64,000 nt of DNA from Kudoa neothunni (lineage: Eukaryota > Animalia > Cnidaria): assembly GCA_964304625.1 (NCBI GenBank), contig OZ199838.1, forward strand, positions 9,699,245 to 9,763,244, written 5' to 3'. The notes under the pieces were generated by a model, which was given only the letters and a program-made list of their open reading frames with translations, did no database searches and was not told the DNA's origin. How positions within the stretch are numbered: the stretch's first letter is position 1; every line of letters begins with the position of its first letter. Shown here in pieces: positions 1-12,758 of the stretch. A program made the translations under genes and the position numbers.

Positions 1-510
1 TGATTGGAGCGTAGAGGATTATGCTTGTATTTCGAAATATAGGAGTCTGTAGTTAAACTTGAAAACTGCTATGGAGAGTTTGGAAGTCTTATGAGATGTG
101 GTAATTTTCAAAGTCCCTTGTGCTTTGTGTTACTCACTTAAATTACTATTATTGACCTCCTTTGTAGGATCTCATCTCACGTTTTTCGCCAGCCAAGTGT
201 CTAGATATGCTGATCTTTACTCTTATTCGTGTTATAATCTCATCTATTATCCGTTTGATTATTTCTATAGAACTCCATTGATCTTGGTAGGTTGTGGTGT
301 GTGTCGAGTATCCTTGTGAGTAATGATTTTGAATAGATGCCACATGAATCCACAGTAAAACAAATGGAACCAAATGGAAACCCTATTCCCACCCTAGAAT
401 CCACCGATACCGTCACTATTCTGGCTGAGGAAGAATGTCAGAAGATATTAAGAACTAAATTATATATTTTAATTGTAGATGAAATTCTCACTTTTATTGG
501 TGAACATTGA
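1..510 (+). CDS. NT5C2: Cytosolic purine 5'-nucleotidase II paralog A, last three exons only (5' part lies outside the window)
   Basis: Spliced exons 43-100, 168-286 and 337-510 read [65 protein letters not shown]..., matching the cN-II C-terminal FASQVxRYADLY...LMPHEST signature. GT-AG introns; stop TGA at 508-510. Confidence 0.9.
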
Positions 511-704
511 CTAACATGTATAACATTGTGTTGTTTTTACATTGGTCTTTTCAATTAAAAATGTATTTGTAATTTTTTAGTCTTTATGCCGCCAATTTTA
601 ACCTTAAAATGAAAAAATTACTTGTATTTTACGTTCTAATTGAGGTGCCTGCAATATTTATAAGCGAATCATTTGCATGTTGGAATACTTATATGACGTT
701 TTAA

Positions 705-3145
705 CCCTCCGAAGACTTTGGGCTAGTTTGACCCCGAAGTATAATTAAAAACATTACTCTTTGTGTGATCTTTAATATTCCCCATTTTTATCTATTTTCC
801 AAAATTTTTGGAAAGTATATAATGTTAAAATTAGAGCGGAAAATAATAATAAAATGTGAAAAAATTTTTATCTTCGGAGGAAATTTGTGGTCAAATTGAC
901 CCAAGTTTTTATTCTACGATTGTACTATAAAAATTTTCTAAAAGGTAAAGAAGTTATGTTTTATGAATTCTATCGTCTCATTCTTTGTTAAAATGGTGAT
1001 TAATATATCATTAAATCTGTGTTAATACCTTACTAATAAGCTCGGATCTTGTTCGCAAATGATCATACGAAAAATGATACTTCGCGTCTATTGTTTTAGT
1101 TGATAAATTGAAGACCATATATACCTCACGCAAAAAAATCAATTATATAAATTTTTAAAAGTTTGATCCGAATTATCTAATTATTTGAACGATTTTCACA
1201 TTTTTTCGATGAATGAACTGAGCAATAGTATTTATTGCAATATAAGCATGTAGTTTGAGTTTTTTTATCAGTTCCTCGATGACAATATTCACATCGACGC
1301 CTTTTCGACTATTTGGAAAGTGTTAGTTTGAGTCCCTGAATAGGGTGATTTTGCTTGGACAATTTTCCCATTCTGTAGATTTCGGTCCATGAGAGGTTGA
1401 TAGACAGCTTGTGTAATTTTCTTTAAAAATATTTTAGTTTCGACCATCCTATGAGTTAACTAAGAGTATAAGTGTATTTTCTAAATGGTTTTAACCCTCT
1501 AAGGTCAGCAAAAACGACCATCCTCCAAGGACTTTTGAGGTTCAAGAGACCCCAGTTTTTTATTTGATGAATTAACTTGATAAATATAGATATATTATCT
1601 TATTCAGTTTAAAAAATTGTTGTCGACTAAATTTGAAGAAAAAAGGCGAATATTCGTGTAATTAATCCATTATAATATCATCGATACTATGTCGGATTGG
1701 ATCGCAACTAATTGCTATCTAAAACCTTTGCTGAATAATCTTGAATTTTTGAGAAATAAAGAATTCGAGTAAATCGACTTAATGATTAATATTTGTGGTT
1801 AAAATATTTAATTTAATATTATAACTTATTGTTCATGAGCTTATTGTTACTTTGCTCAAATAATGCCACGCGACCCCGCTTTTCCTGTACAAAATAAAAG
1901 TGAGACTGATGAGTGTATTGATGAATATCGATCTTTAGGAAGTGAATTTGAAGAAGATTATACGAAATCATCTGAAATGTCGATTGAATTGGCGGAATGT
2001 GACAATACTGAAGACCCAATAATCAATAAAGATGGTATTATGTGGAGTTTTAGTAAACCGATAACATCAAGACTCTATGTGGAAAGTATCATTAAAAACC
2101 TGTCTGACCCTACTTTCTATTGCAATCAGCATGCTAAAGACATGTTAGATTGTTTTTCCTCTTTTTCACCAACATAATTTGTGAATAAATAATCAAATAT
2201 ACCAATTGTTTGGAAGATTTCATTTCAAAGGACTAAATTTAATTATTAACTATATTAAAATAGATTATTTTTGCTTTTTATTCTATAAATTTATTTTTTG
2301 TGGTAAATTAAAGTTGATCCTATCTATTTAATTAGAGGTCACGTGTGAATAATTAAATCCTTACGAAAAATAAACATTAATTAATTAATTAAGTTCATAA
2401 TTTATTTCAAAATTTTTATGACTAAAATGAATAATACTTGTATAGCTACATTTTTATTTATTTTTAAAGCATATTGACCAAAAAACCCCCAAAGTCCTTA
2501 GACGATCATTTTTTTGTCTACACTCAATTTTTATTCACTCGGCTTAAGATTTTGGAAGAATGATCATTATTGAAAGTTGGGCGATAAGATAGAATTTTAC
2601 GAATTTCTGATCATTACATACACAATACTGGGTAAATTAATTATGGTTTGGTGCCCAAAAGACCCCAAAGTCTTTAGATGGTTAAAGGGATTCTTCAACT
2701 CAAGATATTTGTATAACCTTACAAAGGCAGGGTTTCGCTCTAGTTTAGATTAAAAAAACAAACAGAAAAAGTATTACGATATAAGTGAAAAAAATAATAA
2801 TTGTTATTTTAGGTTATGTATTAAATCATTGCTTATAGAAAATCAAAATTAAAACATTTTTCGCAATAAAAAGACCAAAATTATTATTTTAAACAATAAA
2901 TCAGCTATTAAACAGTGGCTTACATTTTACGATCCTTTCCTGACAGCTTACGAATATTTATGTAACAGATTTAACAGGATTAATTGTTATATTTCACATT
3001 GTTTTACTCAAAAACTAGTCGATAGAAATAAAAACTACCAGAAAATTGAACCGGTAACAATTTTAAGAACTAGTTTATCGAATAATAATCCGGGGTCAAG
3101 TTGACTCCAAAAGACCTCCGAAGATAGTTTTTTAGCGGCTTTAGG
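705..3145 (-). mobile_element. Non-autonomous piggyBac-like element (outer), TTAA-flanked
   Basis: TTAA at 701-704 followed by CCCTCCGAAGACTTTGGG; the other end ...GCGGCTTTAGG is followed by TTAA at 3146-3149. Both ends resemble the ends of the inner element (1495-2681) in opposite orientation. Confidence 0.6.
1495..2681 (+). mobile_element. piggyBac-like deletion derivative (inner, nested) with a transposase N-terminal remnant
   Basis: TTAA 1491-1494 + CCCTCTAAGG... and ...CCCCAAAGTCTTTAGATGG + TTAA 2682-2685. ORF 1863-2177 has an acidic tract followed by KDGIMWS...IIKNLSDPT...DCFSSF, resembling PGBD transposase N-termini. Confidence 0.7.
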
Positions 3146-5871
3146 TTAACTACTTAAATCCATCAAAAGTCTATAATTTTTGTCATGAAACAATTCCAGT
3201 TAGATACCTAATGTCTATCCTTCTTCATCGTAACTTTTTTTGTTTATTAATTAATATACTCAGGTGCAGCATACATTGTAACGGAGTTCAATCAACCTCT
3301 GCGAACGTTATAAACGCATGCAGTGGGTCACACGTAACCCATGCTTTATCCATTGGCTGTAATGTAGGGATGTATCTCATTAAGTATTTTCATCTCCAGA
3401 TGGAGATAACCCGGGATTTTACATTTTTAAGCTTCTAGGGCGTTGGTTGCCTAGATTTATCCAAAATTTTATTAGTTGATACATATCTAAAAATTTCGAA
3501 ACCTAATTCAACTGACCCTAGTAGAATGAACTATTGCTGTAGTATATCACATTAACCCTTTGATGCAGTTCATCCCAACCTATTTTGTTTAAGGATCCCT
3601 ATCTAATTAAGCTAAATGAATACGAATCCCTAAGTATGTTAACCGCGTCCATATTATTGTTCCCCAATTGTTTTTAAATTCGGATTTTATTATATCCAGG
3701 AATTTACGAATGAATAATTTTTTAAGAGAAAAATGTTTCTTGCGGACCCCTTGAGAGTCTACGAATCCCAGATTAGGAAACATCACATTATAGGAATACA
3801 GGGAGATAGAGCGGGAGTTCTCAACCAGGGGGTAAATTAAGTGGTATCAAAATTGAATCCCGGAAATTTTTGCATGATGCAGTTTGTTACGTAATTAAGG
3901 ATTTCAAAGGAGTTATATTATTTAAGGATATTAGACGTAATTAAGATGTTGGCAGAAACGCCTAAATGCTTTTTGAACTATGTATTTAATAATTATTTAT
4001 AAAATTACTATCAGTCGCTTTCTCTTAGACCTCGTTTATCTTTAAGAGACGTAGCCTAGTAATACTTAAGTAAATAAACAATCTTAAAGTAAATATGAAT
4101 TTGACATTCAATTTAGAGAGGTAAATTTAAAAAATGGATAAAAATCCTTAAATTATAGGGTTGGCGATGGTTGTATAATCTACAAATAATTTCTATCGCG
4201 AAAGAGAGACGCAAGAGTAATGATCTATACAGAACAACGAATTGATCTCATAATCTAAAGAGTAAATATTTAATGGTCATACATTCGTACCATCTGTACT
4301 TCATTGAAAACTTTTGAAAAACTGAACCATTTTTAAATTACGATGATGCTAATTTACTCACGAGAAACGCCATGACAAATTACCTTTAAATTACTCGCGA
4401 TCGTTGCTACGCTCATGTTTTTTTGAATCTCCAATTTATAATGATAAGTTCGAGATAATTTAGTTTAATTAAATTCAATTAAATGTTTGAAACTTTGGGG
4501 AAAATATTTTAAATTTAAAGGGGTATAAATCATTTATAATAAGAAGGTGGGACCATAATATCTTTTCGTTTTATTGAAGGGTTATTCGTATTAACGTTAA
4601 CTACCGACAAATGTTGTGATGCCGTAAATTCGATTTTTTTCGAACTCCTCGTTTTTGAGTCTTAAAAACTAAACATAGAACCTAAATCACTTTCCATAAA
4701 TAATTTTTTTTAATTTAATAAATCCCTTAAATATTGCTTTTGAATATGTAACTTAAAAACGGCGACATTAATATTTTAACAAATGGCTTAAACGAGAGAA
4801 AATATTTAAATTTATGAATATTTGTAGGTTCTTTATGATGAAAAAGTAGATAATATAGGAGAACAGTATCCAGTTATCAACTTTTTGAATTTTAATCCTC
4901 ATGAAGTAGGTTGCAAGATTTCATATTTAACCATATAAAATGAATAATTAAAATATTAAAAACTATGACCTCTCTCTCACCAAATAAAACTGATTCGGAT
5001 TTCACAAATTGAAATGATAAGATGAACATCCTCATTATGAGTATTATTCGTTTGACTCAATAATATTATTCTAAGTAAAAAGCAATATATTGCATCTTAT
5101 TAGCTCAGATCTAGAAATCCAAATACCAATCTCATCAATATACAGTTTTACCATTAAAGAGATACTCTATTTTATTAATTTAAATTCTATTATTTTTCTG
5201 TTCAAATAATGTGAGGGGTTGAGCGAAGAATCATATCCAGGTTATTATGATAGCCGGAACAAAATGGATTAGTAGTAGAAAAAAATCGACTTCAAATAAA
5301 CTATTCGGATTTTATTTTATATATTTCTCGAGAAAAGAGGGTTTTAATGATAATTTTCATGGAATCTTTATAGTAACTTAAAAATTTCTTCAATTGAATA
5401 CGTACACAATTTAATATTCAATCAAAAATATTTTCCCACGTTGGGGCTTAATTTCTTTATTTTATTTATCCTCCAGTTAAAACCTGTATTTTATAGAATA
5501 TTTAGTGACTTGAAAAAAATAATATAATCATCAAGATGAACATTATCCATTGGCAATGGTATCGTAGGAGGAGATACAATTAATCACCAGAGAATATAAG
5601 TTTTTTCAGGTTAATATGGATATTCAGTGAATCAATTAAAAGAAACATTAAATAATTTCAATAGTAATATTAAAAATAATGTATTACTTATGCTAGCGCT
5701 AAAAAAGAAATGAACAAACGTACCTAGGTAGTGAATGCTATTAGTTAATCTTACTATATTAGGATAAGGAACGCGATTATTTTCTAGTAGCAGATAGTGT
5801 GTTTGACGTCTAATAAAAGCGTTACTCATCAGTTTTCAGTAAATTCCCTCGTTGCAAGATCCACAATCCCA

Positions 5872-8478
5872 ATGGAAATAAACTATAGAGAATATGAGCA
5901 TAGGTAGCAATTAATTTGAAAGTTGACAGTTTTTTAAAAATGAACGATAGAATTTTCGTCAACAGAAATGTTTACATGTATAATATCAAATGTTTTGGAT
6001 TCGACTTAGATTACACCTTAGCAGGTTTTTTCAAAATAATTTTAGTTGTCGTCACTTGTTAGTTATACTCTTTATTTGGAAATTATTGTAGAATATAAAG
6101 CCCCAGATATTCATCACCTTATATTCAACGCAGCCAAACAAAGTCTCATTGATATGGGCTATACTAAAGTAATTTTATCAAAATGTCTCCAATATAATAT
6201 TCCAAGTTTGCCAATCAAACAATTTTATATTTATAGAAACTAAACATTTTGAAGTACGATCCGGATAAAACAACTCGGTAACATTTAAGCAAATAACTGA
6301 TTCTCATTAATTTTGATTTCAAATAATTAATATTTCTTTTGTTATAGGGGACTTATTTTTGATACATGCCATGGGAATTTTTTAAAAGTAATGGCCAATA
6401 CTATCATTTTTATTTATTTCTTTAATTTTCGGCGATATTCCAACACAACTGTCATTTTAACTCGATAACAAATTTTAGGTCGACTCATATGGCATGATTT
6501 TAATGGGTTTACATGGTTACAATCGAATGACAAAGTATGATCTATTATCTATGCATTTTAACGATTTTTTAGAGCTGAACTCAATAGTCATTATCCTTCA
6601 AGGTTTATTGAGGTATCTTAATAAGATGGATACTGTCTCTCCAATGGGATTATATTTTTATAGATCCGAAACAGTAAAAGATATGTTATTTATAATACTG
6701 TTTTTGACCTCCCTGAAACGTATTTGCTATGCTCGATGATATGGTTTTTTGAAAATGTCGAACGTGAAAACGGTTGGATCAAGTATAATTTAATATAACC
6801 TCTTTATCGATATTGATATAAAAAATAGAGTAGAAACTGGAGTTAAATGTGGTTTTGCTCATATCACCTATCATGCAATGCAAGCTGACGTAAGCTATGC
6901 CGTGGAGAACTGCCATAAAAATGTATACAAGCAATTTGTTCAAAATTTTATTCCTAAGTTTAGAAAACCCTAAACTATATGATAATTCAAGATTTTAGCA
7001 GATATGTAAATAAAAGATCTGAAATTCCTTTATTGCTACATCGGTATATTTTTTAAAAATTGTGTGTTGATAGTTATTCGATTTTAGATTAAGAAAACGA
7101 GGGATTAAGACATTTATTGTATCGAATAATGATTTTTGGTATACAAATGTATATTTTGTCAGACAGACGAATAATATAATGATAGTTATATTTTATTACG
7201 TTACGTTTAGAAATTGATGAATTTCCTATTCGACTGGCCACAAGAACAACTTGAGGTAAATGCTGAAATTATCGTTGCCCTAATTATGTGGTCTATGCCT
7301 GTATAATTTTCAGGAAGATATGACCACTGAATGGAGACAATATTTTGACATCATTATTGTCGATGCTAATAAACCACTATTCTTTGATGGGGGAACTATG
7401 CTAAAACAGGTGGATTTAACTACCGGAAAATCATTCATTGGTTCCTACGTTGGTCAACTAACTAAAGGAAGCGTTTATCAAGGAGGGAACTCCACCATAG
7501 TTACTCAAATGCTTAAAACCAAAGGGAAAGTATATTGTGAATTTCACAACAAATAATATTTCAACTGTAGGATATAATGTACATCGGAGATCACATATAT
7601 GTGGATATACTCAAATCGAAAAAACAGCAAGGGTGGAGGTATTTACCGTGATTGAATTGATGATGTATCACATTTTTTAGAACGTTCCTTGTAATTCCCG
7701 AGTTGAGGAACGAGATCGAAGTTTGGAGAACCAAAAAAGGTTATTTTTAAACTCTTTCTTATCTGAAAATCAATTATTGTAGATTATTTTGATGAGATTC
7801 AAAACTTGGAATCAAAAATGGCAGCACTTTTTATGTATTTTAAAAACTTTCTATAATTTCTTATTGGCAATATTCAAATTTCATTTATGTAGAAATAACG
7901 ATTCTACCAGCAAAAGCACTCAACAAGTAACCAACACTTCAGTTAAAATCAAGGTAATTTTTCCATCGATACTTTCATAACTATCCAACTCAGAATGCTG
8001 TCGAACGACTCGAAAATTGCTACGGCAACCTTGGAAGTATGATGAGATGTGGTATTTTCAAATTAAACCCAAAAACTGTTAAACTTACAAACTCATTTTA
8101 GGTTCTCATCTGACATTCTTCGCCAGCCAAATATCAAGATTTGCAGACCTCTACGCTTACTCTTGTTGCAATCTCATCCACTATCCTTTTGACTATTTTT
8201 ACAGAGCACCATTTTCATTAGTAATATGCTTTTCCTTTCCGTCGTTATTAGCTAATAGTATGATGAAATAGATGCCTCATGAAACCACCATTGAGCAGAT
8301 CACGGTTTGTGATGATCAACAAACACAACCGTCCGATTCGGGCTGCGTAACTGGCAGAACAAGTTCATACTTCATTGGGGAAGATTATGAGATCGACGAA
8401 TGTACAAGGAAACAATCCACTTCTTCAGAAATAGTTAAACATTCATTCGATTCTACCACTTCTAGTCATAACTGTTAG
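5872..8478 (+). CDS. NT5C2: Cytosolic purine 5'-nucleotidase II paralog B, about 20 exons, reading frame intact (true start may lie further upstream)
   Basis: Hand-spliced: [20 protein letters not shown] (HAD motif I DxDxT), [34 protein letters not shown] (motif II), [15 protein letters not shown] (motif III), [28 protein letters not shown] (motif IV), [18 protein letters not shown]. All introns are GT-AG and phase-compatible. Confidence 0.95.
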
Positions 8479-9158
8479 GAACAGATTTTGAACTTGATTT
8501 GAACTTTTTGTTACTTGGTTGATAATTGATTTTCGTTTTCATACTATTCAAGAAACTGCGATAATAAAAAGTTTATTAAATAATTCAGAAAAGATTTCTA
8601 GGCAGATTAATACATTGATTGGTTGTACTTATCATTGTTTCACCACCAGTGGGTTATTTTCGGCACTGTATTTGTTATCGATAATATTTGCTGTAATCTC
8701 TCATATAAATAACTGGTAGTCCCTCGTAGTTATTTCCACAGGCCATACTATTTAATCAATCGAATAAAGTATGCTTTATTTATCCTAAAATTTGAGTGTG
8801 ACCACTATGGTTTTTTATCGATTGTCATGTTTCATCATTAATGATTGCCTACTATTAATTCTATGTCTATATGAATAAGAAATTCATAGTTTCTGCAAGC
8901 ACTATGTGTTAAATTTTATCAAATGCACAACATTAATATCAAAAATAATTTATTATAATTAATCCACTCATTCCTACCATTAAATGTTCAACATATTTCA
9001 TGCTAATTTGTTATAAAAAATTCAGGATTAATCTACAAACTAATTATAATCTTTAATTGGAAAGTGTGCCACTATTCTGCATTTAAACCCAGTGATTTAA
9101 TGCAGCCCTTACTTAACCAAGATCAAGGCCACATCCTCTATGTATGGTATAATGCAGG

Positions 9159-9710
9159 CAGGGACCGGTAACCTTTTTGAGTGACGAGCCGGACAGACAT
9201 ACTCTAACTCTAATGCAGATCGTATTAAAATTAAATTAACCTATTATGTTAAATTATTATTAATTAAAATTTTGGACTTTATATATATATACAAGAATTT
9301 AGAAAAGTCATTTAAACTATAAACTTACGTCAATTTAAAAGTATTATATACGAATAATTTCCGCTTGCAGTGTATTAAACTCGTGCTAAACTTGTGAATG
9401 AAAGGTTTATTGGACTAGATCAAATAACACGAAATACACCTATATGCTTTTTTAGAAATATTTTATATTTTTATAAAAATAATTGTAACGTTATTTAACA
9501 ACCACATTTATTCCAGTTTTCTGATTTAATGAAAATGAATTTTAATCGACTAAAAAGATTTCATCGACAACGTATAAATACATAGAATAACGATCTAGAT
9601 AACAAATTAATAAGTATGCAGGTATTTTAGATATTGAGAAAACTTATTACATCAGTCAAGGCATGGGGCCGAATAGAAATAATCGACAGGCCGCAGGTTG
9701 CCGACCCCTG
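9159..9710. mobile_element. hAT (Buster/Charlie-type) MITE family 1, copy 1
   Basis: TIRs CAGGGACCGGTAACCT / AGGTTGCCGACCCCTG. The internal sequence is the reverse complement of the copies at 32166-32673 and 62129-62680. No clear TSD. Confidence 0.75.
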
Positions 9711-9839
9711 GATTAGAAGATATTAATCAACTCTCGTTCTACCATTATGCGCTTAAGACACTAAACCACTTTCATTATCAATATTATAAAAATTAGATGA
9801 GGATGGAACATCTTTTGCCTTATGAGATTCCGAAATAAA

Positions 9840-10036
9840 AACTGGTTCTCCTCCTGTGGCAGCACAGAATACTCTACCTCGACGATCACAACGATCAAGG
9901 GACCCCCGCAAAATTAAGGACGAAAGAATGTCATATTAGAGATTAGCTAATAACATACATTAGAGTAGTACTGCGCAGACAGTATAACTTTTAACAATAG
10001 TGTGTTTCTCTGATTACGTTGGTTGCAATTACGACA
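9840..10036 (+). mobile_element. Possible 3' end of an LTR retrotransposon (integrase tail, polypurine tract, short LTR)
   Basis: Peptide PRRSQRSRDPRKIKD resembles an integrase C-terminal RRSxR tail; purine run AAGGACGAAAGAA; then TGT(9929)...ACA(10036). No second LTR seen. Confidence 0.3.
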
Positions 10037-10545
10037 GCAATTAATTATTGTCTATTGTATAGTATTGCATTGCATTGAAATCTCAAGTCCTAAAGAACTA
10101 CACAACATCTAGATCATGCATATCCTGTTTTTCATTCTTCAAAAAAGCTTTTAATATTGACTCACCTAGATAAGTCCTCACGATGGCTTTTTCGGCATTT
10201 TTGTTCAGTGCTGACGAGATTAATTTGAATTAGATTAAAGATTTGTTATTATTTTTTTGTAAACACCTGAATATTATTTTTTATAGCATCTATTTTCCAT
10301 TCTGACCCACGCAGCAGGTCTAGACTTTTTGATTACAGTCTTTTTTATACGTAACTATCGTTAAAGGTGTACAACCAAGTGAATGTTTAGTAGACTTAAA
10401 AAGATTTTAAAATAGTGATATTCCATTGCGCGAGGAGTGTAAGGAGATAGTTCGTGGATTATTTTCACAGCTGACATAGGTGTTAACGTAGAATTTGTTG
10501 TTGTCAGCACATTTCTTATTGTAATTTTAAGTAAGACAGTCTAAA

Positions 10546-12570
10546 ATGAGTAAAAACAGCGGAAATCAGTGAAGTGAAACTCTGTTTGTGCGTACAAAGT
10601 CAACTCTGAATTTAGACAGTCGAATGTTTGAGAATACGATTCATTGAAGGATTGAGTTGTGGGGTTGACTTTCGCATAAGGCAATTAAATTGCTTGAAGC
10701 AGATGCTACTTGACAATCGCGCTGATTTGGTGGATACCCTTCGTAAAGATTACAAGAAAGTAGGTGATGTTATATGAGACGTGCTGAGCGAAAAAATTGC
10801 TAAGCATAATTTTCTTAAACAACTAATGTTTGCTTAGCCTATTTACGAGATAGATGTGGAGATCGATTATACTATAAGTCAAATTAACTACGGTAATTCA
10901 TTTCGATTTACTCGGATCATTGTACACACTGAACAATTAATTGAAAGCAATCAAAAATATACATCAATGGATGACTCCAACGAACATTCCCAAAGACTGT
11001 GCCAACATATTGAACACCATTAATATTCGACGTGAACCTCTAGGTGTTGTGTTGATAATAACTCCTTGGAATTATCCCATATTGCTACCTTTGTGTTTGA
11101 TGGTTGGCGCCATTTCCCGCCGGTTGAATCATCTGTTAGACGTGAATTTGTCTAATTTCTTGCGTAGGAAATTGTGTGTTGATTAAACCATCAGAAATAA
11201 GTCCCAATATTTCATTAAAATTAAAACAATTGATCGAACAATACTTGAGCAATGTATATAGATGTGCATTTACATGCATTAATCGAATCCAATAAACTAA
11301 GGGTCATTATTCAGTTATTTGCGGAGGAGTGGATGTAGCCACTGAGGTGCTAAAGCAAAAATTTGACCACATTTTCTATGTTGGGTCGGAAAAAGTTGCC
11401 AAAGTTGTGTTGGAAGCTGCTGCCAAACACGTTACTCCTCCCTGTCACCCTTGAATTGGGTGGAAAATGGTGAGTATTTCTCGATTTTTCATCTACTGAC
11501 TAATATTAAGTCCTTGTTATGTTGATAATCATTGTGACTTGGAATTGGCAGCTAAAAAAATTGCGTCTATAAAAAACTTTAAATGCGGGTCAAGTATAAT
11601 GATTACTTACGGTTTATTAATGTGATTGTAAGCACATATTAGATATGCATTACTGTTGACTACGTTATATGCCACCAAGATGTTCATGATCAACTTGTTG
11701 AGTTGATTAAAAAATACTGGGTTCAGTTCTACGGAGAGGTTAGTTTGGTTTCTACTATTTTATTTTTTGAAAATAGCTGTTTGTATTTAGGATCCTTCTC
11801 AATGTCAAGATTACGGAAGAATCGTTAATATAAACCACTTTAAGTAATCATTTTTATTGGTGTATGATTTTAAATTCCAATCTAGGAGAATAATGGATCT
11901 GTTAAACAGCTCTAAAGGAAAAGTTTTAGTTGGAGGTGATGCTGACGAAATTGACTGCTATATATCACCCACACTCCTAACAAACATCGATCTAAACGAT
12001 TCACTTATGAGTGAAGAAGTATATGTTTTTATTACATTGAGTTTACCGTGACTAGATTTTTGGTCCTATTCTTCCTATCATTTCAGTCGAGAATTGTCAA
12101 GAAGCTATCTCTATGATTCAAAAGATGTAAGTTTTTTGATGGAGGACAAATATGTTCGATCTAAATTTTTATAGTCCCAAACCACTTGTCGTTTATGCTA
12201 TAACCACATCTTGTGAGGTTGTGGAGAAATTTCTCGATCAAACCTCCTCCGGCTCGTTGGTTATCAATGAAATCTATGCACACAGTGCATGTAAATCTAC
12301 AGACTTAATAAACATTCGCACTAATTATTTTATTCTAGTAAAAGGTTTCCCCACAGGAAGTGTTGGTGACAGTGGGAATGGTAGATATTTCTGGAAAGAA
12401 TCATTCGACAACCTTTTCCAATCCTAAAGGTTTCTATAGAAAGAAGCATTATCTTCACAAAGTTGAAGAGTAGTTTTTTTCTGATATTTCGTTATTGATT
12501 TAATATTAGTGTGGCTCTACCTCCAATCACCGACAGAAAATACGGTCTGATAAAATGGTGGTTACATTAA
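10546..12570 (+). pseudogene. ALDH3: Aldehyde dehydrogenase family 3 gene, frameshifted as assembled (young pseudogene or assembly indels)
   Basis: Exons encode [55 protein letters not shown] (catalytic Cys), YGRIVN, MSEE/IFGPILP, KPLVVY and GSVGDSGNG. Five insertions near 10552-56, 11116-18, 11437-41, 11571-80 and 12410 break the frame. Confidence 0.85.
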
Positions 12571-12758
12571 TCACTTATCACATTCTATAACGTTGGTGTC
12601 TGACTATTTATCACTGTTTTCATTTAATAAAACTTGGTTACAGTCATTTTTAGTCTATAGCTTTTGGAAAGTTCCCATAGTTTTGATCTAAATATGAAAA
12701 TACTTCTCATTTGTCATCACTTAATAGGAATTAGTAATATGAGTGAAGTCTGGACAGT

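Noticed and set aside
3560-4180. Two further degenerate hAT-like MITEs
   Set aside because: TIRs are too decayed and there is no TSD or second copy to fix the boundaries.
10160-10240. Hammerhead ribozyme around CTGACGAG and other CTGATGA hits in the window
   Set aside because: No stem II followed by GAAA with closing stems could be built.
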